From positions 10,788,001-10,852,000 of the forward strand of contig OX597831.1 in the NCBI GenBank assembly GCA_951406725.2: a DNA stretch of 64,000 nt, read 5' to 3'. Below, piece by piece: positions 25,500 to 39,143 of the stretch. The DNA is from Octopus vulgaris. Lineage: Eukaryota. The notes beneath the pieces are model-generated. The model had not been told where the DNA came from, did not search any database, and worked only from the letters and a program-made list of their open reading frames with translations. A program made the translations under genes and the position numbers. Every line of letters starts with the position of its first letter. The stretch's first letter is position 1.

Positions 25500-26550
25500 G
25501 GCAGAATGTCCTTTTTTCTATTTCCAATATAAGTATTCCTGCTTGGTGTCAGTTCCACACGATTTAAATTTAGGGTGAATTTCTCCCAATAGAAAATAGT
25601 TTTCGCAGCATTGTCTCTTCCCTGAAAGCTATTTTCATTTCTTTCCTATTCCATTTTTCCTTTTTATGCTTTAGGTTCTCTTTCCAGAAACCGTTCACTT
25701 TCTTCTTCCTGGCATTGTTATTTTATTTCTAATTTGTTGCATATATTTCGATTGTTGTCTTACTTTCACGAGCAAGTAATAAATTGTTAACGCAGATATC
25801 CTTCAAGAACCTGTTAGCATTATCACACAGACTTTGATAAATCATGTGATAATACTTGGGGTAATCTTACTACCATACCAATGATCATAAATCTTTCATC
25901 TTTTCTAGCCAATAGATTTTCCATCCGCATTTCCTATCAATAGTACTTTAAAATTGCTTATCTTTACCTGGTCCATCGCCGAAGTAACTCATTCTTATCT
26001 ATTTTTCTTTTGCTATTTATGTCTAACTATAAAGAAATCATTTTCAGCAGTTCTCTGAAGCTTTATGCTTTATCAAGCATAATCTCAAGCCTTACTTGCA
26101 CGTACATTTATGACGAAACTACGTGATCTTTTCCTCGTCCATCCCATAATAACACCTCCTCGTCCAGCCATAATAATATCTCATGCACTACACAGTCAAT
26201 ATGCACTGGCTATTTCTTTTATCATATTAATCCTGAGAACCAACGGTTGTGAGTTGTACCAATGCCTTTGAGAGTCCATTGTTGGCCGTTATTAGATGGA
26301 AATTGGATATTCTGATCCACGTTGAAATAGATCACATTTGATGTTTCGCAATAAGAGAAAAACTTACCAACTTTTTAATTGATAATTGTATGTGATGATA
26401 AATATATCTATCTTTTTGCACGCAATGAGCACATCCTGTTTTTCATCACAATATTCACTAGAAAATAATCGGCCATGTGTTTTATATATATATGAATCAG
26501 CTTCTTCTGAATACCGATTCTTTGTCATAATGTTCTGTTGATCTTGTCAG
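25500..26550 (-). mobile_element. Very old CR1/L2-like reverse transcriptase relic
   Basis: Collinear weak motifs on the minus strand: CKKIDIF, KKL, WIR, NFKVLLIG, KDL, NANRFLKDI, VRQQSKYMQQI and ERFLEREPK. These follow the order of VD.IY, LKKL, WI, KFKVLH.G, EKDLG, KANR.LG.I, VRP.LEY and E.VQ.RATK. Many stops and frameshifts. Confidence 0.45.
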
Positions 26551-28444
26551 TGCTTAAATGACTAGAATACACTAGGATTCATTAGCATAATATGATAGGA
26601 TTCCCTTAAATTATATAAGATATTTTAATGGGAAATGAAGATCTTTATCAAATCAAATCCAGTCTTTTCACGTTCATTTCTTTCATTACTGTAATACTAA
26701 GCTAAGTCATTACCTATCCACAACACACTGATAATATTCAGCCATTGACGAGAAAATTAGCTACACACGAGACAACATACGTGGGCTTCTGTTCCCTACA
26801 GAGAAAACTTTCAGAAGCCTAGATTGTAATTACGTTATCACTCACCGTTCGACTTCCGTTTTGCTACAAACATGAAGGGCGTTCAATAATCTGTTTTGTT
26901 TTTCTTTCGCTTGTTTTTCTTGGTGGAGAGGAGGTTGTGGCGTTGAGCTGAAAGTCCAACAGGATCTAAAATGTCTCAAGACTTTTCAACAAACCTTGGC
27001 AATCGTTATTTCTCGCCACGATCAGCCAGACAATGTGTTGACAAATTTCTCAATAGCCGACAAAGCCTATTCTTGTGCTGCCATCTATGCTGTAGAATGT
27101 GTGCTATTCGGACATCTTCCATATAGTCAACCATTGGTTACTCAACTATTTGTTCTGCTCAAGGACACTACTCGAAAGAGTAACGGAAGTGGTACCGATC
27201 AATGAAATATTTTCTTGTATTTTTTTTCGTTTGCGAGCATAAGTAAGTTTCTGCGACGATATACTGGATTCAAAAGGGAAGAACTATGTTGAAAAATATA
27301 ATAATCTCACTTTTAATATTTTTGTCATGCTTTAAGTACTAATTGATAAAAAGTACAAATCATTGAAAGCTGATCCTGTTTGGAACAACCATAAAAACGG
27401 AGGGACAAGCATTAGTGTAACAACACTGAAAATATATCTGGCGCCGCAAGTTCGAATCTGCATTGTACGGAGAACCGTTGCGTGTGCACAACGTCTTGTG
27501 ATCTACACGCAAATAAATGTCCCAACAATAGAAAATTAATATAAGTACATTGCGAATAATGTCTGACTTTCGTTTTTGAAATGTCAATTCTTCATGTGGA
27601 ATAATTTTTAACAGATAAGATCAGGTGAATCGTTTTGAATATCAGAATACCATTGATATATAGTAACTCTTTGCATTGAGGTATATTTTTGTTGCAGCAA
27701 ACCTCAACAATAGATGCTTTTATCATGTGTGTTATATTTGTATTGCAGTGACAGTCATGAATATCGGAAATATATACACACTTGTAGATATACATAGACT
27801 TATACATGCTCTCCTTCTATCAACTACGTGTACACATATACACATAGATATATACTTATGTGAGTGTGTCCAGACAGTGATACATATACCTATACACAGG
27901 TATTTTTAGGAACCAACATAGTAATACACGTGTAAGAAAAATAGCTTTTAATTTAGAGAATAGCGAATGGATATAAGTGCCTTTCTGTTATAAACATTCG
28001 TATAAAGATATTCAATCTCAGACAGAAATAAAATATTTATTAATATTAAGTGCTTAAAAATTTGGTGATGTCCAATAATAACAGAGCTTTCCAGAATGAG
28101 TTGCATTATAGAAATTAAGATATATGTTTTGAAATTTATGTCTAAAGTGAGTTAATGGGCATATTCAAGATTATTAAAAGATTTTCATTAAACCAACAGA
28201 CATACTTACTCCCACTTCTACTTGGTATTTGGAAAGTTATGTTACTTTCACTATGTTACTAATACTCATTATGGCTTGCAGGAATATCGCGACGATATTT
28301 AGACTAGGCTGACACATAGATTGGCCTTGTATGTTTTATTAATGCCACTAATTGAACTATGGTGATGCTGACGTAAACAAACCAATCCCGTCAAACGTTG
28401 GAGATGGAACAAGAACAGACACATGTATACCGATACATACATGC

Positions 28445-28511
<67 letters not shown>

Positions 28512-28514
<3 letters not shown>

Positions 28515-28779
28515 TAAAGGGTAAAATTAATTAATTAACTAGTAATTAATAATTCCACCAAGTAGAATTCGGCATGAAAAAGGACCATTTTTCGGTAAAC
28601 TTAAACAATATTTTATAATTACGAGTATAATTTCGAGTATTTTGTTTTGTCCGGGAGTCTTTTCTTATAGTAGAAGAAATAGCTAAGGTTCTTTGGCTGC
28701 TATTTCTAAACTTCGGTATGTGGTAAAGCAAATCTTTGCTGAACCCTGATTATAATTATACTCGTAATTATAAAATATT
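28512..28779. mobile_element. Insertion within (TA)n carrying an internal inversion (26-bp perfect inverted repeat)
   Basis: AATATTTTATAATTACGAGTATAATT (28607-28632) is inverted at 28754-28779. (TA)n lies on both sides. Confidence 0.6.
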
Positions 28780-30869
28780 ATATATATATATGCACATAGA
28801 GTTTTATCCAATGTGTCACCGCGTCGCACAGAACACAAAACAGTCCAATTGCCAAATGCAAAATGAGTTTGCTAACCACGCTGCCGATCCTGCATCTTTA
28901 TCGGCAATTGTTTAGATTAATGTTGTCTATTTGTTTCAATATCTTAGACTCTATACTAAAAGGAGAAATAGGTATATTAAGAAATCCACTGCAATTAAAA
29001 TGACCGCCAGACTTAATGTTATTAATCTTATGGGCCATTTAGAGTCTCATATTAGTGTTTTACTCTCTGCTATCAATCGTTATTGGGAGGCCCCAGGCTA
29101 GCAGAATAGTCAACTCATCCGACAAAATGCTTAGCGATATTTCATCCAGTTTATTATGTTCTGATTTCACATTTCGTCGATGAAATGAAATAATTACCAG
29201 TTGTTTACTTGGGTCGAAAGAAATGACTTCCCTTTTCCCTAAAAATGTCTGGCCCTGTGACAAAATTAGAAAGGTTATTTATTTACATCGACAATATTAA
29301 TAATAATTAATTCGCTTGCATTATTGTGCTTTAGATGTTTTGTTGCGGGTAGAATTATTTTAAATTGACTGTGGAATAATTATCTTTCAATATTATTTTG
29401 TTCTTCATCTATATAACTCTATTTCCTGGAGTTGGCAATATGAATCTTCCTTTAGTCTGAGATAAGATACATTCTGTTAATATGAAGCTAATGTTGACAT
29501 CGCTGTTGTTTGTGTTTTTCACGGATGTTCGTGTTTATAATTCGACCGAGTGAATCTCTTTAGGCAAGCAATCAGGAATTTCAAATGTTCACGTTAAACT
29601 AAAATCACAAATATCTTAAGGGAAATACATTATTGTAAGTATTAAGGTTTTCTTCTTCTCATTGAAATATTCAAAGCAACAGTCCTTATCAGCAGTAGAG
29701 TCCTTACTATGGACCAGAATTTAAACATACACCGTCCCTTATACGATTGTTTACCAGTATAGATAACATTCGTATAGTAACGCTGTCTCTTTGAATTATT
29801 CATGTTATTCCATTTAACAGACTATTCCTTCACTTTCTCTTTTCAATTTCAGTATATTAAAACAACGCTTTCTCAACTTTTTACTGACGATGTCAAGTGT
29901 TATTCTCCCTCGAGTGTTTATCACAAAATTTTCGTTCACCTGCGACTAAATTACCTTTTGTACTGTTCGTTGTTTTTTTCTTTTTGTTTTCTTCTTTTTG
30001 ATGGTGGTGGAATGACAAGTTTCGTCTTATAGTAATTTGTGTATACTTTTATATATAATTAATTTTGTTGCACGAAAGAAGAAAACCATGAATTAATTAA
30101 TTTCTTTGATGTTTATTTTATTGAACTTTTTGAACATCCTAAAAATATGTAAAAGAGATGAAAAGAGAGTGACAAAAAGCCTAAGAGCAGAAACATTATC
30201 AGAAGTTTTCTAGTTTACGGAAATTTTAGTTAGTAAACAACATTTTTAGAATCAGATTCGTAGAAAAAAAACATTTTTTATTGTGCATTTTACCATAAAT
30301 AACCCATAATTAAATGACAAACCGTATACTTTTCACTATCATATTTTGTATGTTCTTTATTGTTATCACTGACACGAAGGCGTCGAGATGACAGAATTAT
30401 TACCGCACCGAGCACAATATAAAGCGGCACTTCGTCCGGTTTTACGTTTTGTATTCATACTCCACCGAGGTCGACTTTGTACCATTTGACGCCAATACAA
30501 ATAAGTGAGATGGATGCAGTCGACTCACCCAACCTCACACCCGAAATTGCTTGCCCTATCCCAGAATTTCAAGCCATTATTATCAATGACTAGGATATTT
30601 TTGTACTCTTCTTTTAAGCTTTTGAAAGTGAGGTTCACTTTAGCTTCATCACATCGATCTACATTATTGAAGCAAAGCATGTAAATAGAATTTCATGAGC
30701 TGCGGCGAGGGTCACTTCTTTTTCGCGCAGAAGTAAAGTTGTTATCATCGTTGTCATAGTTGAGGGCTCTTTATGTTTTAATTATTATGTATTCAGTAAA
30801 AGGAAGAACTGACACACCACTCAACTGTCTCAAAAAATGATTTATGAGTGAAGTTGTAACGAAGTGCCA

Positions 30870-32050
30870 TCGACTCTACTCTTCATATCTGATGTCGCTA
30901 ATGATGAGACAATTAATCATCGACATGTAATTCTTTCCAGCACCTTCAAATGCTTTCGAAGAAAATTATTTCAAACTGTTTTAATAACAACTGTAAGGGA
31001 GAAAGAAATTATGTTCCCTTGTGGGTTTTGTTTCCCTTTTTTTTTATTCCATGTTGTTTTTTCTTACCCACACATACTGATGACCTTTTCTACATGTTGG
31101 AAATGGGTAAATTAACTTTATAAACATCCCTATACCAAAAGCTTTCTATATCGCACTTGGGGTTTGATGATCTTTAGTTTCAAATAACTTATTTCTCCCA
31201 AAGACATCAAAGATATCGGTTTTTCTACTCTGAAGTGACAACCTCAATCGTCTTAAATATTCAAATATAAAAGTCAGCTAACACAAAAACCGTCGATCAA
31301 ATACATTATTTCCGCATCACCTTACTCAGTAAAAATTTTGAGAATGCAGTTTTCAGGGTAATAATCTTTAAACGACATTTTCACATGATAAGCATTTTAT
31401 CTCGGAATACTCAAGGCAAACCATTTGATCTTCAGGCTTATCATTTATTTGTTTTGAAAGGTGTCAAATTTTGTCTTTTGTGTAGGTGACTAGCGCCGAT
31501 CATTTTTATGTCATGCAACAATTATTCATAATTATTCTGCTGGGCATTTCAACGATTGATCTGTTTTTGACAATCAATGATTCCTAGCGTAAACAACAAT
31601 ATAAACTATTGGTGCAACTCTGATATTTTTCGTTCATGCTAGAAATGGCGTCATTTCCTTCGTCAATGTTGCATCATTAACTCCTATGGCAGCTACATAT
31701 TGGCTCCCTGTTTCCATGTATTCGCTGAGCGAGCTGAAGATGAATTCTTCTGTTGGTTATTCTTCGACAGAACGCAAAAAAATAATTCTCGACAATTTTT
31801 ACAGGAATTTCATCCGAAAAACCACAAAGCATCAGGAATTGTGCATTGTTACAATTGTTCGTGGTTGCATCAAACCAAAACGAAGAATGGTGCTTCCAAC
31901 AATTCTGCTTTCAGCGAATGGTTCCAGCATCAACAATTGAAATAGATGAAAGGTATGTTATACCTTGGAAAGAAATATGCCTTGGTTTATCCAAGAATGC
32001 TCCCATTATGTAGATATTCAAATAAGGACTGACAAACCTTTCCAGTCTCT
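30870..32050 (-). mobile_element. Degenerate hAT transposase (Charlie/Buster-like)
   Basis: Broken minus frames read APFF..FDATT..NNAQFL, IVENYFF, EFIFSSLSEYME, YCCLR*ESLIVK (HC..HRE.L..K) and YSEIKCLSCENVV*RL (HTEVRWLSRG.VL.RF), in the expected order. Confidence 0.7.
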
Positions 32051-32250
32051 GGATATTCAGAGACACAAGAAAGATTTTACTCGTAGTGTTCTTTTTTTAT
32101 TCATTTTATTTTTAATTTTTCCATCGGTGGTAAACAATTTTAATATTTACAAAATTCCTAGCAAATGTTCTTAAAAAAGTATTGTTTTGTTTGTTTTTTT
32201 GTTTTTCCAGTTTCAGCTCTTGAGCTGTGGCCATGCTGGGGCACCGCCAT

Positions 32251-32414
32251 TGTGGTGAAAGAGTACAGCAGGGATCACCACCCCCTGCCGGAGCTTCGTA
32301 GAGCTTTTTAGGTGTTTTCGCTCAATAAACACACACAACGCCCGGTCTGAGAATCGAAACCGCAATCCTGCGACCGCGAGTCCGCTGCCCTAACCACTAG
32401 GCCATTGCGCCTCT
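32251..32414 (-). mobile_element. SINE family C, head and body only, abutting a family-A-like tail fragment (32205-32250)
   Basis: Matches 6275-6440. Confidence 0.85.
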
Positions 32415-33609
32415 ACATGTGTACGAATTGTATGTGGACGAATTTTATTATTGCTGGCTTTTGCTTGTTTCTAATGTTTGTTTTTCTTTGCTTGTTTTTT
32501 CTTATATATGTTCGTAATTCTGATGGAATGGCGTTGTTATTGCTATATTGTAAACTGCAGAACATGAAAAGAATTCAGGAAGTACAACTCGGTTACTCAT
32601 TCTTCCGAAGGAAAACAATCTATACATGATATACGCCTCGTTTCATTTTCTTTCTTACATTTTTTAAGAAAAAGGTACTTCGGTTACTCTATTTCTTATT
32701 TGCAAAATGTATTTGTTCTTTGCGTGTATGACTAAGAAAGCAATCATCTGAGGCATAAATCACAAAACTTTTAAGATTGCTGTCTCCATATTTATGGCCA
32801 TCCTTCATCAGGTACTTGTCTTCTGAATATAACTCCTCTTTTCTCTTGTGGTTCTACTGTGCTGATAAACAAAGCTTTAAAATATGTAAGAACAGCACAA
32901 CACATGCAATAATGCAAAACAATAGATACGGTTTTTAAATGCATCACACAACATGAGAATCTATTACAGATGCTTACGAAGATTAAGACGGGTTGCTCCG
33001 CTAATCAGTTCATTTGGCATTATATACCAAGCATTTTAGGCTTTGATATATGGACAACTTTTTGCTCTAACTGATAAACTGAATATACTTACCTTAATCC
33101 TGGCTCTATCTGCAACATCGGTGCTGTAACCAGAGTTACAAAGTTAAACCCATAAATTACAGGCATCGCCAAAATAGAAAAAGAAGAATGTTACAAGAAA
33201 ATGGTGCATTCGGACGGTAGATTGTCAAAACCCGAGGCTTATATTCCCTTAATATAGTTCCAAACCATGCTGTTTGATCAAAATAAGTGCCAGTAGATAA
33301 AAGTACACTAATTCTATCTCTAGTAGAAATTTAGCTCAATAGAGAGTAAAGTTTCAATTCCATAGTGACTTACGGCAATTTTTTAATGTTGCCATTTAGA
33401 ATTTGATGCCGGTAGCTTTTCTGGTGTCACCCAATAAGTTATGTTACACTTAATTTGCGAAATATCCAGCTACTTTGAAATGAGAAAACCATAGGTAGAC
33501 TGGGAAAACATAGAAAGCACAAAGTATCGAATTTTAAACGGCAATTCCATTAAAAGCAATAACAGCTCACTAAACATTTTAATCGTAATGCGTTCTCTAA
33601 ACCATAGAC

Positions 33610-33611
<2 letters not shown>

Positions 33612-33672
<61 letters not shown>

Positions 33673-33687
33673 GTGTGTGTGTGTGTG
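33612..33687. repeat. (GT)n microsatellite
   Basis: Directly visible. Confidence 0.97.
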
Positions 33688-35656
33688 TTATTAACCTTTC
33701 CTATTCATTTATTCATCATTCACCAGAACTGCATATATTCTCCGCGGGCATAAATTCAAGGGTTCAACTTTCAGTGAACAATTCGCCAGTTTAAGAATGT
33801 AGGGCGGGATTTGAGGAAGGTTTTACACCTATTTCGAAACAGGTCGACTGTTTCATTAGAAGTTTACCACTGTGGTTTTGGGGAAGAGGATTGCTATAAT
33901 CGTTCGTGCAGAATTTCTTCTTCCTCCTACACTTCACGTTTTCGTGCAGCATTTCTTCCTAGACTTCACATTTTCAATTCAAATCCCTTGAGGGTTGCCT
34001 CTGCGTTTCATTTCTCTGGGGTCGATGGATTAAACTACCAGAAAAATACGACGGTCGATGGCATTGACTAACACCCTCATCCTTCAGGCCTTGTGCCTAT
34101 ATCTGAAAACTTTCATCGTTGGTCTCTTTTTTTCTTTTTGCTGTTTTTCTTGTTGTTTAGCACCAGGACAATCCTCATTGTGCAGATCCCAACTATGAGA
34201 AAACTCATTCTCCAATTTTAAAGACTCACTCTCTTCCGTTTATTTTCTAAAACATGGTCCACCTAAGACAACATTTCTGCAATGTGGCTTTTGTTCAGAG
34301 ACTATAACATTTGCAGTAGGGAATGTTTTGAGTATTATATTCAGCCAGTTAAGCAAACAAATACTAGTTTCATGTGTCCCATTTGGATCATAAAAGTATC
34401 ACTGAAGATCAGGCAAAAATTCACATGGTGAGTTTCCGTATTGTTGCTGTCGATACTACTTCGGATAACTTCGGGTAATTTCGGGTAACTTCTAATAACT
34501 TCGAAGATCGAACCGAGGATTTTAGAGAAAAACTTTACCCAAGGTGCCCAGCCATGTAACTGCGATCCAAATAAACCAATCGCCTTACATTCGCTTGATG
34601 TTCTAGTTTAACACATGTACAGATCTATAAGAACAGAATTATGCTGAAAAACAAACATTGTCAAGCTTGGCCATCTCAACCGTTTCCCTATCGGACATGA
34701 TATTATAGTAGGCAGAGAGAAGGCGAGCTGGCAGAATGGTTAGTCCACCGGACACAATGCTTAGGGGCATTTTGTTTGTTTTGGGTTCAGAATTCAAATT
34801 CTGCATTGGTCGACTTTGCCTTTCGACCTTCGAGATCAATAAAATAATTACCAGCTGAACGGAGGGGGCGGAGCGCGCTAATTAGTTAGACCCCCGACCC
34901 CAACATTTCATACTTTTACTGTAGAGTAATAGTCGGAATTTTAAGGAGATTTAGCTACTATTTCTAGCAAATGGAACCATGAAGCAGAATATTCCACCTT
35001 GGTTCTTATTGTTCTCGCAATGGCATCTGATTTAAAATTTTTTTTTTTTTTTTAGGAATAATGGGATGAAGAAACATCCACGTTACGTAGAGCTAAATGC
35101 ATCATATTCTATAGTTTCAAAGAAATCCTAAAAGTGCGAAATGTATAACGGATAAATCTAAGAAAATAATAGGTTATTCACAATTCCTGTAGTAATTTGT
35201 ATACTTTCCAAAGATATTATTTCCCTCGTATTTTCGATTTCTTTTTTCGTAATATTCTATACACAATACAGTGTTGTTTGCATGGAACTTCAGCAAAAGG
35301 TATTTAGTTTTTTATCAGAATAACGCTACAAACTATTATCCATAGAATAACGGAATAAAATGAAAGGTTCCCAGTTCCAATATACGATGGATACCTATAA
35401 TATAGGATACAGAATTCACAAACTCTTACTGCACTTTTGTGTGCAGGTATATATATATATATATATATGGGCCGCAGAGAGTTGTCGCTATTTATGATTT
35501 GTGAATCGGTGCATGCTTCATAAAAGCCGGCGAATCTCCGTTTATGCTAGGTAAAAGTTCAGTTACAAGAGCAAAAGTCGGGGCCTTAGCCATCGGCATT
35601 AATCGCTAACAATACGTATGTTTCCTTTCGACGCACATTGCACATTTTAGATGATA

Positions 35657-35707
<51 letters not shown>

Positions 35708-35889
35708 GAGGAGGAGGAGGAGGAGGAGGAGGAGGAGTAGTAGTAGTAGCAGCAGCAGCAATGGTAATAATAATTATAATAATAATATTGATAATAATAA
35801 TAATAATAGTCATAATAATAATAATAGTAATAATAATAATAATGATGATGATGATGATGATATAATAGTAATAATAATAATAACCAATT

Positions 35890-36454
35890 TCCTTATTGCG
35901 AACGAATGCCCAAAACTTGTCCAAAACCACTACAAGCTGTGGTGACACGATTAGGTAAAGAAAATGCTAAATTAGAAACTGTGCGAAAAGTGAGGGCTAG
36001 AGAGAGGCAAGACGTGGCCTCAGCACAAACCGCTGAGAGTGGCGGAGTGGAAGACTAGCAAAAGCCTCTGGGATTTCCCAATCCAAACAGATCAGGTGTT
36101 AAAGCATAACAGACCGGACCTAATGGTGATGGACACATTACACCGCATATGCCGTATAGTTGATGCTGCATGCCCCTTTGACCCACGGATAGTCAAGAAG
36201 GAAGGCGAAAAGACTGATAAATACAACCCTCAGAGATAAGAAATAGCCCGACTATGGAAAATGAAGAAGGTGAAGATAGTTTCAATTGTTGTTGTGTCTT
36301 TCGGGAAAATATCAGGAGGCATCAAGAGGAATATAAAGGAAATTGGAATAGAGTGCCCAGTAGAACTGTTACAAAAAGTTTGCTTCCTTGGCATGGCGAG
36401 AATAATCAGGAAAGTATTAGAGAGCTGAAAAGAACGAGTAGCATGGTACCATAG
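35890..36454 (+). mobile_element. Dong/R4-like LINE 3' fragment (RLE domain)
   Basis: Reads LWDFPIQTDQVLKHNRPDLMVMD..IVDAACPFDPRIVKKEGEKTDKY..EIARLWKMKKV..LLQKVCFLGMARIIRKVLES*. Begins right after an (AAT)n tract. Confidence 0.88.
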
Positions 36455-36696
36455 GCTGCAAACCTCATTCAAAGACTTTTTGAGTTGGATAGGCCACTCA
36501 CCTGAAGAAAATTCTAACTGGGCCTAACCTACAAGGTCATGCGCTGTTTATCTTGATATGAGATCACCATGTCTTGCAAATATGGCTGCGATGCATGTGC
36601 CTGGTGTACCCTTATCAAACGGGTAGTCATGATGGGTGTATTGGGCTTCGTTTATTTGTATCCCAGTGTCACTTTGACGGCTTGCACCCCTCTCTC

Positions 36697-36697
<1 letters not shown>
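36455..36697 (+). mobile_element. Family X 3' end with (AAT)n tail (36698-36743)
   Basis: Reverse complement of about 1-180. Confidence 0.85.
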
Positions 36698-36745
<48 letters not shown>

Positions 36746-36754
36746 TTGTTCTTT

Positions 36755-36960
36755 CCTCTTTTATCTTTTATTTGTTTCAGTCAATTGACTACGGCCATGC
36801 TGGGGCACGACCTTGAAATTTTATTCGAATGTATCGACCCCAGTAATTACGTTCTAAAGCCTGGTACTTACTCTATCGGTCTCTTGCACTAAACTACGGG
36901 GACAAACACAGACACAAAGAAACACACACGCAACATATATATATACATACGACAGGCTCT
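36755..36960 (-). mobile_element. SINE family A-related 3' half
   Basis: Contains tgtttcagtcaattgactacggccatgctgg..tactta.tctatcggtctc..gacaaacacagacac. Confidence 0.7.
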
Positions 36961-37829
36961 TTTGGTCATCATGCCACGCCTCTCTGCTCTGATGGCGTCC
37001 CAAAATGTTTGCACCGGAGAAGCATAATATGCCACGTTAATTACTCTGCAAGAAAACCTATCCTCACTACTCCACACTAGTTCCACAAGACTGTAAGCAT
37101 CACCTTGTCTACTGAGGGTTGGACACGATTCTTCTTGAGAAGTGGTTAGTTACAATGCTTCCATTGCTCCGAGTGGACTTTAGTCTCAGGATCAGATTGA
37201 TGGACACATGTTTCATCCTGTTGAAAAAGTAAATATATACACATTGCGAAAAAGCGTGAGAGCAATGAACTCGTATTTGCTTCTGAAAAGATTTTAACAT
37301 CCCGGGAATCCACCATGCAGACAACTACTACAGGTGCAAGTGTTTGTGAATGAGTTACTTTCCACAGGCACTGCACTTATCTTCATTTCTTGGACCAGTT
37401 GCCGAATAGTTACTCGGCTATTCTCCAAAATTGTGCCTTCCAAATTATGGATGGTGTTGTCATCAACGGCGGAATGTGGTCGTCCAGGAATAGGAGCAGT
37501 TGCCACCAACGTCCGAACCACACTTGAACTGACGATGCCAGTGCTTGACTATGTCGTATGTTGGTGCATCGTCACCATAAACTTCTTTCATCTCGTTTGG
37601 TTTACGACATTTCGAGTAAAACAACATCAGTACTGATCTGCATTCATTATAACACCTTAGTCGACTTCTGCAGCCGCAAAAGACAAACGAATTCTAGTGG
37701 AAACCTACAATTTACAAAGTGACATGTAGGTACATTTTTGATTATACCTGTACAAGTTCCGATTCCTGCAGTAACTGGAAGTGGGTCAGGGGAAATATTT
37801 GGTAAACACCCCTCCTGTATCTATAAAAC
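36961..37829 (-). mobile_element. Mariner transposon 5' half, degenerate
   Basis: Reads PIPGRPHSAVDD..ILENSRVTIRQLVQEMKIS, AWWIPGML..QKQIRV, QDETCVHQSDPETKVHSEQWKH, KVMLTVLW and DAIRAERRGMMTK. TIR-like tacaggaggggtgtttaccaaatatttcc at about 37790-37829. Confidence 0.85.
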
Positions 37830-38639
37830 ATACACAAACACACAGCTGGCCCTCCCCAAGGCTTGCTTTCAACAGCTTGGTTGGATATCACTGAGAGCTG
37901 ACTGGGTGTATTTTTCTTACAGCGAAAATTTTTTTCCTTCATAAAATACAGTGAACAGTTTTCTTAGCCGTCGGACATCTCAAAGCATATATGAATTGCT
38001 AACACTTTTGTATGTATACACATCAGTGCTTAATGCAGTCACACACAAACACACACATATTGGCATATATACATATGTGGATATATTTATGTATGTATAC
38101 ACACACATATTCGTGTGTATGCTTCTATCTATGATCAAAACAAATAATAACAAGCGAAACTTTCTCCTTGCAGTCGTAGAAAGTTAACAAGAACTTTGAA
38201 GCAATTTTTAACGACTCTAAAAAGAGGTAAAGAAAAAAGAATTCGAGAAATTAAGCATTTATCTCAGAAATTCAATTTACACACTTAGGAGACAGGTTAC
38301 TCTTTATAGCGAAACACATATAAAGACGTATATCGGTCGATTAAATTTATCCACCATACTGAGTCGACGAAGATTGTTCTTTTTTTATTATCTTACTCAT
38401 TTAGTATATCATGCTTTCGCATATTCGTTGAAAAACGTGCTAATATTACGTTTATTACCCTTCGTTGATTTTATTACTTTGCAATTATGTAAATTACGTT
38501 GGCCAAAACTCGTTTGAAGCCTTGCGGTTTCTAGTTGGGATCCCACGTCAGTTCTTGCCTTCTGTAACGCCCGGCCTACCGATGCAATGGGAATCGATTT
38601 CGTAGACGAAACAGCGTGGAAGCCACCATACAGCATACA

Positions 38640-38669
<30 letters not shown>

Positions 38670-38672
<3 letters not shown>

Positions 38673-39083
38673 CGCAGGAGTGGCTGTGTGGTAAGTAGCT
38701 TGCTTTCCAACCACATGGTTCCGGGTTCAATCCTAATGCGTGGCATCTTGGGCAAGTGTCTTCTACTATAGCCTCGGGCCGACCAAACCTTGTGAGTGAA
38801 TTTGGTAGACGGAAACTGAAAGAAGCCCGTCGTATATATGTTTATGTATGTATATATATGTGTGTGTTTGTGTGTCTGTATTTGTCCCCCTAACATCGCT
38901 TGACAAGCGATACTGGTGTGTTTACGTCCCTGTAACTTAGCGGTTCGGCAAAGAGACCGATAGAATAAGTACTAGGCTTACAAAGAATAAGTCCTGGGTT
39001 CGATTTGCTCGACTAAAGGCGGTGCTCCAGCATAGCCGCAGTCAAATGACTGAAACAAGTAAAAGAGTAAAAAGAGTAAAGAG
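38670..39083 (+). mobile_element. SINE family A, best-preserved copy
   Basis: A box tggctgtgtgg, B box gggttcaatcc, cttgggcaagtg segment, internal (TA/TG)n and an (aaaagagt)n tail. Inserted in (TA)n. Confidence 0.93.

Positions 39084-39143
<60 letters not shown>

Noticed and set aside
38670-38750. tRNA-like sequences with A and B boxes at SINE heads
   Set aside because: No complete cloverleaf or acceptor stem, and each continues into a SINE body; not tRNA genes.
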